Positions 8,017 through 14,570 of a stretch of DNA of 30,677 nt are shown here, piece by piece. The notes beneath the pieces are model-generated. The model was not told where the DNA came from. It was given only the letters and a program-made list of their open reading frames with translations, and ran no database searches. The position numbers were made by a program, and so were the translations under genes. Every line of letters starts with the position of its first letter. Position 1 is the first letter of the stretch. Source of the DNA: a virus (taxonomy: Duplodnaviria; Caudoviricetes); the IMG/VR virus record IMGVR_UViG_3300042475_001344, positions 1-30,677 of that record; one strand, 5' to 3'.

Positions 8017-8751
8017 ATGCCCACCTTCGCACAGGTCAAGCGTCACGTCCTGCTCGCCGTCGGCGGGTACCCCAGCCTTGCTGCTGGTCAGACCAACGCC
8101 GAACGTCTGGCAGAAGTCGTCAACCAAGCCGGCCAGTACCTGTTCCAGCGCCCGTGGCGGTTCAGGGAGCGGACCAGCGCGTTCATCAGCCTCGTCGCCA
8201 GTCAGGACTATGTGTCCCTCCCGTCCGATGTGGAGGAGATCATCAGCCTGATCAACCGCGAAAACATCGGGTTCAACATCGAGTTGGTCACGCCGGACCA
8301 CCTCCAGAACCTGCGCGAGATCAGCATCGATAGCGGCGGCCACGGCGTCACCTATGCGTGCCTGTCCCGTGTCGCCAACGCTGCCGGTTCTGCCTTGAAC
8401 CCGGCACGCCTTGAACTCTTTCCGACCCCGACTGCTGCCGCAACCGACGCTCTCGCCGTGCGTTACCGCGCCGGTTGGGTGGAGATTGCCAGCGGCGCTG
8501 CCGACTCGTACGAGATCCCGATCCCCAAGTATTGCGACTCGCTCTTCATCCAGTACTGCCGCGCCTTCGGCATGGCGTATGAAGACGAGGGACTGTCGCA
8601 GCGTCTGGTTGAGATCGACGCCGGCCCGATCTTGGCTGGTGCGCTGACCAAGGACGGGATCCTCCAGCGAGACATCGGTCGCCTGCGCCCGTCCTACGAG
8701 ATTGGTTACAGCATGAGCATCCTGCCACGATTCACACAGAACCCGTCCTAA
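8017..8751 (+). CDS. Head-tail adaptor (tail tubular protein A-like)
   Basis: VNQA...W.F, YVSLPSDVEEI, LELFPTP and IPIP pattern of podovirus adaptor proteins. Position after the head genes. Confidence 0.75.
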   Translation: MPTFAQVKRHVLLAVGGYPSLAAGQTNAERLAEVVNQAGQYLFQRPWRFRERTSAFISLVASQDYVSLPSDVEEIISLINRENIGFNIELVTPDHLQNLREISIDSGGHGVTYACLSRVANAAGSALNPARLELFPTPTAAATDALAVRYRAGWVEIASGAADSYEIPIPKYCDSLFIQYCRAFGMAYEDEGLSQRLVEIDAGPILAGALTKDGILQRDIGRLRPSYEIGYSMSILPRFTQNPS

Positions 8752-8762
8752 CTGGAGATCAC

Positions 8763-9332
8763 ATGCTTACCTCGCCGTCAAAGTCAGTTGTTGCACTCTC
8801 ATACGCATCTACCAAGCAGCCGCGTAACTCGAAGGCTCAGGTCACTGCAACCACGTCTTACCCAAGCACCATCCCAACTGTCACTCAGCCGACTACTACC
8901 GGCCAGACCGTGATCGTGTATGGCGAAACCGCAGACGATCCGAGTCTTCTGAAGGTTTGCCCGTTCCACTTCGCTAACAATGCCACTGACCTTGGTGTCC
9001 GTGTTGTTGGGTGGACCGCTTACCAGCAAAGCACTGGAGTCGTGTTGTGGGTTCCGACGATTCTTGCTGAACTGACGCCGGCATACAACTCGACCGTTGG
9101 CAGCATCCCGTCGTTCGCGAACTTCGACGGCACCGCCAGCACCGCCTACTTCTTCTCTGCAATCACGGCGTCTGGAGGCACTCCGACGGTGAACGTGTAT
9201 TCGCCGGGTGCTGCTTCTGCTGCGAACACACCAGCAGCCCACGCGCTCGTCGATACCGCTGGTAGCCAGATTGTTGGTCTCCAATTCAAGTCTTCTGCCG
9301 GCACGATGGGTGCATTCTGGTACTCGCTCTGA
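8763..9332 (+). CDS. Putative virion structural protein (distant paralog of 10762 and 11425 genes)
   Basis: GGAG SD. Ser/Thr/Ala-rich beta protein. Shares a P...T.(L/F)...(V/I).GW...W motif with the two downstream paralogs. Confidence 0.65.
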   Translation: MLTSPSKSVVALSYASTKQPRNSKAQVTATTSYPSTIPTVTQPTTTGQTVIVYGETADDPSLLKVCPFHFANNATDLGVRVVGWTAYQQSTGVVLWVPTILAELTPAYNSTVGSIPSFANFDGTASTAYFFSAITASGGTPTVNVYSPGAASAANTPAAHALVDTAGSQIVGLQFKSSAGTMGAFWYSL

Positions 9333-9344
9333 TCGAGGAACACC

Positions 9345-10760
9345 ATGCGAAACCTGCGACCGATTCGTAACACGACAGTCAACCTATCAGGTCCTTCGCT
9401 GTATGGGAGTCCGACTGCTGGTCGATTCCTAGTCGATGCGATGAACGGAACCGACTCGATCGATGTGGTTCTGATTGGCGACAGCAATACCGGTTACAAC
9501 GACTATGGATATTGCGCCGGAATCGATAGGTCTCTTGGTTATTCGTATGGGATTCCCCCATACGCAACGACCATGATTCCGGGTGGTTTGGAAAGCGGGG
9601 CAACGACAAGAGAAACCCGTTCGATGATGATTGGCACACTCGATTCTTGGACAGCGGCAACCGCTGCCGGAGCGAGCGGTACGGTTCAGACATTGACAAA
9701 TGCGGTCACCGCTGCCGACGCCGACGCTGTTGCGCTGAAGAATGGCCTATCAATCGATACGAGTTTGCTTCCGAAGTGGCTTGGGTTTGAATGGCGTGGA
9801 TCATTCGTAGCATCAGGTGTTTCTTATACATCTTCTGTCAACCAAAACTACTTTGCACTAAGGACAAACAACCCAATCAATAATGGTTTCGCTTCGGGTG
9901 GCGTCAGTTGTCAATACCGGTGCGTCTATGGCAAGTTCGCTACTACTGGCGGTCAGTTCAAGCCGGTGGTGTGGAGTTCTGGAGGATCCACGGTTGCGTC
10001 AGAGTGGACGTCCACGTCTGGTGGCTCTGCTGGCAACTGGTTCGGAACAGCGACGCTGAACTTCACGACGGCCAGTGGAACAGTCATTGAGCATCGATGC
10101 GGATGGGATGGGTTTAGTCAAGGTGTTCCGACATCTGGACCATTTGCGTGCTTGTGGCACTCGACTATCAAGCGGAACCAAAAGGGTTACGCTGTCAACC
10201 ACTTCATCTACCACGGCGGACTTACGACTACGCAGATTGCGGATCGAGTAGAGGCTGCTGGTGATTTGTTCTCGTCGTATATGAAGGAAGTTCGCCAGCG
10301 TCAGATCGAGGCTGGTGGATCTGGTCGAGTCATTGTCTTTGTCAACAGCGGAATCAATGGTCCAGATACGGCTTCTGGATACACCACAGCAATCAACAGA
10401 ATCGTCAATAGGTGCATTGCAAAGTGGGTTCAGGATGGTGGTTCTGAATCGAACATTGCATTCGTCATCACCCCGACGCACCCGGTCGTCTCCGTTGCCG
10501 GAAATTCGTGGAATACGGACCGGTCCGCAGTAGCAGCCGCTGCCGTGGCGTATGCCCAGCAGAATGCCGGAAGAAACGTAACTGCGTTTGACATCAACAC
10601 CGTCTATCCGACCAGCAGGCTTCTGACTGGAACCGTACCTGCTGGGACGCTTTACGATTCAGGTGGTCAGTCGCACCTGACGTCAACAACGTCGGCCCAG
10701 ACGAACGGATACGACGCAGTCGCACATTCCATTATTTCGTCCCTCATCGCCAACGCCTGA
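9345..10760 (+). CDS. SGNH/GDSL hydrolase-like virion protein (putative tailspike esterase)
   Basis: Block I VVLIGDSNT, block II-like HGGLTT, block III-like NSGING, block V-like YDSGGQSHL, with a large beta-rich insert. GAGG SD. Confidence 0.7.
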   Translation: MRNLRPIRNTTVNLSGPSLYGSPTAGRFLVDAMNGTDSIDVVLIGDSNTGYNDYGYCAGIDRSLGYSYGIPPYATTMIPGGLESGATTRETRSMMIGTLDSWTAATAAGASGTVQTLTNAVTAADADAVALKNGLSIDTSLLPKWLGFEWRGSFVASGVSYTSSVNQNYFALRTNNPINNGFASGGVSCQYRCVYGKFATTGGQFKPVVWSSGGSTVASEWTSTSGGSAGNWFGTATLNFTTASGTVIEHRCGWDGFSQGVPTSGPFACLWHSTIKRNQKGYAVNHFIYHGGLTTTQIADRVEAAGDLFSSYMKEVRQRQIEAGGSGRVIVFVNSGINGPDTASGYTTAINRIVNRCIAKWVQDGGSESNIAFVITPTHPVVSVAGNSWNTDRSAVAAAAVAYAQQNAGRNVTAFDINTVYPTSRLLTGTVPAGTLYDSGGQSHLTSTTSAQTNGYDAVAHSIISSLIANA

Positions 10761-10761
10761 C

Positions 10762-11421
10762 ATGGGAGTGACGGTAAGCCCATCTCCTGCGGACACGTTC
10801 GAGTGGCAGGTCCACCCGACCGTCGTCACCCGGTCTGGTTCCGTTGCTGCCGTGATTGGGCAGGCCGTGTCGAACTTCGCTCTGACTCAGGCGCAGTTTG
10901 ACTCGCTGATCGATGGAGGTGGAGGACTTCAGCCGACGATCCGCATCGACTGCGAGAACGCTGGCCGCACGCTCATCATGCCGCTGGTGCAGTTCACCGG
11001 GTCGGCCACGTTCCAGTTTCAGGTTCTTGGCTGGTCCTACAGCCGTCCTGCCGCGTCGTGGATCTGCCAAGCGGTGACGCACAGCCCGACGGCTGTTAAT
11101 GCCAACAACACGGCTGACTCAGGGACTGGTCTTGTCCTTGGCGGCGTGACCTATCGTGCGTTCGGCCTGCTTGGCGTGACCACGACTTCCGGCAATGACG
11201 GCGACGGTGGCGTGGTTCCACTGCCGGCGCATTATGAAATACTCCCCGTCGAGGGTCTTCGCGCTGCTAACGCTGCGACGCTTGCAGCGTCGAGCGCCAT
11301 CATTCAGGTCAACAACTACGGCTGGCGCTACCTGACGATTCATCTGCGCCAGACTGCCACGACGGCGTACACCTGCAACTTCAGGTGCCTGTACACCAAC
11401 ACTGGACAGATATTCAGGTGA
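10762..11421 (+). CDS. Putative virion protein, paralog A
   Basis: Clear sequence similarity to the next gene (HPTV.T, FALT, GW..SRPA..W, VPLP..YEILPVEGL, VNNYGW.Y). Confidence 0.75.
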   Translation: MGVTVSPSPADTFEWQVHPTVVTRSGSVAAVIGQAVSNFALTQAQFDSLIDGGGGLQPTIRIDCENAGRTLIMPLVQFTGSATFQFQVLGWSYSRPAASWICQAVTHSPTAVNANNTADSGTGLVLGGVTYRAFGLLGVTTTSGNDGDGGVVPLPAHYEILPVEGLRAANAATLAASSAIIQVNNYGWRYLTIHLRQTATTAYTCNFRCLYTNTGQIFR

Positions 11422-11424
11422 CCT

Positions 11425-12108
11425 ATGGCACTGAACATCAACCCAGAAGCGGCAAGATTGAACGATTGGGAATACCACCCAACCGTTATGACGTTGCTTG
11501 CGACCGGTACTGCGACATCGATGGGGCTGATCCCGGAGTCGTTCGCGCTTACTGAAAAGGGGTTCACTGACTGGCAGATTGGCAATGATGGTCTTGGCAA
11601 CCCGTTCAAGCCGAGCATCGTCATCGACACAATTAGGAAGGGTCGAATCCTGATCATCCCGTGCATCACTGCTGCGTCGTACACCGACCTGAAGTTCCAG
11701 TTGATCGGCTGGACATGGAGCCGGCCTGCTGATCGGTGGATCGGTACGGCCATCAACCACTTCGCTTCGGCCAGAGCGAACATGGCTGTGATGCAGTTTG
11801 CCGGAGCCGGGATCACTCACCCAGCAGCCGGAGCCACAGTGTTCAAGCCGATGGAGCGCATCGGCGTCACGACGGCAACCGATGCGGATGGCGGTCTTGG
11901 AATCGTCCCGCTGCCAAAGCAATACGAGATACTGCCGGTTGAGGGTCTGGTGTCGTCGGCCACCACGAGCCACGCATCTCCATGCACAATCGTCGTGAAC
12001 AACTACGGGTGGACATACATCAGCCTGCACCTGCAAGTCGGGGTAAGCCCGAACGCCAGCGTGTCGGCCATGTGTCTCTACCGGCGTGACAACGGAGCCT
12101 TCAAGTGA
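11425..12108 (+). CDS. Putative virion protein, paralog B
   Basis: Tandem paralog of 10762-11421. Starts 3 nt after its stop. Confidence 0.75.
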   Translation: MALNINPEAARLNDWEYHPTVMTLLATGTATSMGLIPESFALTEKGFTDWQIGNDGLGNPFKPSIVIDTIRKGRILIIPCITAASYTDLKFQLIGWTWSRPADRWIGTAINHFASARANMAVMQFAGAGITHPAAGATVFKPMERIGVTTATDADGGLGIVPLPKQYEILPVEGLVSSATTSHASPCTIVVNNYGWTYISLHLQVGVSPNASVSAMCLYRRDNGAFK

Positions 12109-12362
12109 CCAAGATCACAGAACATAACATCAGGTTTTACAGCATGTTGGGTACGCTAGTCGCAGGCTTTGCTTCCGTCTGCATGATGCTGGGGCGAAGA
12201 GACGAATCGTTTTCCCGAGCGCAGGCAGACATCGTCGAGTTGCGGCAGATCACTGGTGATCTCGCCAAGACGGTCGCCGCCAGCGCCCAGACGAGCCTCC
12301 ACCACGCCGAGAAGATCGCAGAACTCCGAGACAGGATAGACCGTTTGGAGGAGCGCCAGTGA
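12105..12362 (+). CDS. Membrane protein with coiled coil (holin- or i-spanin-like)
   Basis: GTGA overlap start. N-terminal hydrophobic helix (FYSMLGTLVAGFASVCMML) followed by a heptad-like tail (IAELRDRIDRLEERQ). Confidence 0.6.
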   Translation: MTKITEHNIRFYSMLGTLVAGFASVCMMLGRRDESFSRAQADIVELRQITGDLAKTVAASAQTSLHHAEKIAELRDRIDRLEERQ

Positions 12363-12844
12363 GGTTCCTACTTCTGGCACTCCTGCTCTGTTCCTGCTCC
12401 AGCGGGACGCAGCAGATCGCAGACAGCGCGTCGGCCATCAGCAGTCAGGCCCAGTCGATCACCGACAAGGCCCGCGAACTGACCGTCTTGGCTGGACAGA
12501 TCGACGAGAATCTGGCCGCCGCACACGGCTACTTGGCCGGCGAGCAGCAGGATCCGGGCAAGGCCGTCGAGCGCATCGAGGCGTCCCGTGTGGTGGTGTC
12601 TGATGTCACCGGCAAGGCTGACGAGATAATGGTGCTGTCCAGCGAGATCCACGCCGAGACCACGGACATCGTTGGCAGCCTGCCGTCTGTAAAGGACACC
12701 ACGCCTTGGTGGGCAAGTCTGATCAGTCTTGTGGTCGGTTTGGGGCTGATGGCTCTTGCCGCGTTTATGCTGGTGCATACGGGGATCGGAGCATCTCTGG
12801 GCGCGTTGCTCAGGAGTCTGATCCCGAAGCGTAGGAGCAAGTGA
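12359..12844 (+). CDS. Lipoprotein with C-terminal TM helix (unimolecular spanin topology)
   Basis: Signal peptide II MRFLLLALLLCSC|SSG, helical middle region, TM WWASLISLVVGLGLMALAAFMLV, basic tail PKRRSK. GGAG SD upstream. Confidence 0.7.
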   Translation: MRFLLLALLLCSCSSGTQQIADSASAISSQAQSITDKARELTVLAGQIDENLAAAHGYLAGEQQDPGKAVERIEASRVVVSDVTGKADEIMVLSSEIHAETTDIVGSLPSVKDTTPWWASLISLVVGLGLMALAAFMLVHTGIGASLGALLRSLIPKRRSK

Positions 12845-12963
12845 TGATGATCATTGGCAGCATCGAGAGCCTTCTGGGCTCAATCTGGTTCGCAGGCTTG
12901 ACGTTCTGTGCCGGCTATCTGCTGGCGCACATCTGGCCGGTCAGCGCGTTCAAGAAGAAGTGA
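12844..12963 (+). CDS. Small membrane protein (39 aa), holin-like, not in ORF track
   Basis: AGGAG at 12833-12837 and TGATG overlap. MMIIGSIESLLGSIWFAGLTFCAGYLLAHIWPVSAFKKK has one TM and a basic C-terminus. Confidence 0.65.
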   Translation: MMIIGSIESLLGSIWFAGLTFCAGYLLAHIWPVSAFKKK

Positions 12964-13014
12964 GAACCCCCGTTCTGCCCTGCTCCCCCCGTACCCGGGG
13001 GTGAGCGGGGTTCT
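12963..13014 (+). promoter_or_regulatory. Structured intergenic inverted repeat before the tail fibre RBS
   Basis: CCCTGCTCCCCCCG-TACC-CGGGGG(T)GAGCGGGG hairpin (12978-13010), flanked by AGAACCCC/GGGGTTCT. AGGAG SD follows at 13015-13019. Confidence 0.5.
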
Positions 13015-13025
13015 AGGAGATAGTC

Positions 13026-14570
13026 ATGGCAACCCGTATTCAGGTCCGTCGAGACACCGCAGCAAACTGGACAACTTCAGGCACGACCGTGCTTGCGGCT
13101 GGCGAGATCGGCTTTGAGACCGACACGCTGCTGTTCAAGATCGGCGACGGCTCCCAGCAGTGGCAGAACCTTGAGTACGCAGGCGGAACCGAGCCGATCC
13201 GAAACAATCCAAGCGGAACGTCGGTCACTGATCTTGACGCTGCTGCTCTTCGCAACAACGGCAACAGCAAGTACCTGATCTCTGGTGCTGATATCGTCGC
13301 GAACGGGCCGTCCGGGCTGACTACGGGGGCCGACGGCCAGTTGATGGTGACGGTTGCCAAGTTCGACTACACCGGCGCTAGCGGCTCAGGAAACGAGCGT
13401 TTCCTGATGACGCTCCAGACGCTGACGACCGGTCGGTTCTTCTACAGGACGTACAACGGTTCGTGGTCGTCTTGGTACGAGGCGATCCGCGCCGACCCTG
13501 CGACTGGCAACGTGACGATCGCCGGCGACATCGCCGTGAATGGCGGCGACATCACGACGAACCAGACGACAGCGTCGGTGTTCAACGCTACCGCCACCAC
13601 GCTCAATGTCGGTCAGGCGGCAACTGCGGTCAGCATCGGCGCTACTACTGGCACGGCGACGATTCGCAACGCCACGACGGCGATCACCAACGCTGCAACG
13701 GTCGGAGGAACACTTGCTGTTACCGGCAACACCACGCTGACCGGCGACCTCGCGGTCAATGGCGGAGACATCACGACCACCAGCGCCACTGGCAACGTGT
13801 TTGAAACCACTGCCACCACTGTGACGCTTGGCCGATCGGTTCCAACGGTATGCATTGCAGACAACGTCACCGCCGCTCAGACGATCGACATCGGTACTGG
13901 CGCAACGGTGTCTGGTGCCACCAAGACGATCAACATCGGCACTGGCGGCGCTGCTGGTTCCACGACGAACGTCAATATCGGCGATGCGGATGGTGGCACG
14001 GTTGCCGTTGGAAAGAACATGACGGTCGGCGGTACGTTTGCGGTCACTGGGCAAACGACTCTAACCGGGGGCATTTCTGGTCAACTGGCATATGACAATA
14101 TGCCATCTGGGACCGTTATCAATATGGAAGTTTCGGTTCCAACAGAGGTCGAACAAAGTGCCACACTCGCCGGTACAACTACTGTAACAATCGACTTTCC
14201 ATATACGCCCAAGCGTTCCAATAGCACGATTTTTGTGTACGGGTTCGTCGTCGTGTGCTATGCTATTTCAGGCGGGAACGGCGCCTTGAAAACCGCTTCT
14301 GTTTCTCTTTCTTATTCCGCCGGCTCTCCCGGTGGAAGTTTGACTTTATCTCGCGAGGGTGGTGGTGCGCTTTCTGCGAGTTCAACTTCATCAGTCGTTG
14401 GACAGGGAGCAGTGGTAAGCGGTAACTACCTAATCACCCACATCGGTGGTAACGGTTCTGCAAGAACATACAGGATCACTGCAACCGCAACTATCGCAAG
14501 TGGAGGAAACGGCAATCGCGTTTGCACCATCACCCCAACAGCACTTGTATTTGTTGAGAAAATTGCCTGA
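13026..14570 (+). CDS. Tail fibre protein (Mtd_N/hyaluronidase-type N-terminus, knob domain, beta-repeat shaft)
   Basis: N-terminus IQVRRDTAANW...LAAGEIGFETDT..FKIGDG...W..L.Y is the Mtd N-terminal signature. TDLD...FFYRTYNGSWSSW is pyocin-knob-like. GD.AVNGGDITT repeats follow. Confidence 0.85.
   Translation: MATRIQVRRDTAANWTTSGTTVLAAGEIGFETDTLLFKIGDGSQQWQNLEYAGGTEPIRNNPSGTSVTDLDAAALRNNGNSKYLISGADIVANGPSGLTTGADGQLMVTVAKFDYTGASGSGNERFLMTLQTLTTGRFFYRTYNGSWSSWYEAIRADPATGNVTIAGDIAVNGGDITTNQTTASVFNATATTLNVGQAATAVSIGATTGTATIRNATTAITNAATVGGTLAVTGNTTLTGDLAVNGGDITTTSATGNVFETTATTVTLGRSVPTVCIADNVTAAQTIDIGTGATVSGATKTINIGTGGAAGSTTNVNIGDADGGTVAVGKNMTVGGTFAVTGQTTLTGGISGQLAYDNMPSGTVINMEVSVPTEVEQSATLAGTTTVTIDFPYTPKRSNSTIFVYGFVVVCYAISGGNGALKTASVSLSYSAGSPGGSLTLSREGGGALSASSTSSVVGQGAVVSGNYLITHIGGNGSARTYRITATATIASGGNGNRVCTITPTALVFVEKIA
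13509..13833 (+). repeat. Internal tandem repeat in the tail fibre (73-codon offset)
   Basis: NVTIAGDIAVNGGDITTNQTTASVFNATATTLNVG (from 13509) versus NTTLTGDLAVNGGDITTTSATGNVFETTATTVTLG (from 13728). Confidence 0.8.

Noticed and set aside
13026-14570. Diversity-generating retroelement suggested by the Mtd-type N-terminus
   Set aside because: No reverse transcriptase or template repeat in the window. The C-terminus is not recognisably C-type-lectin-like, and the internal repeats differ at all bases, not specifically at adenines.
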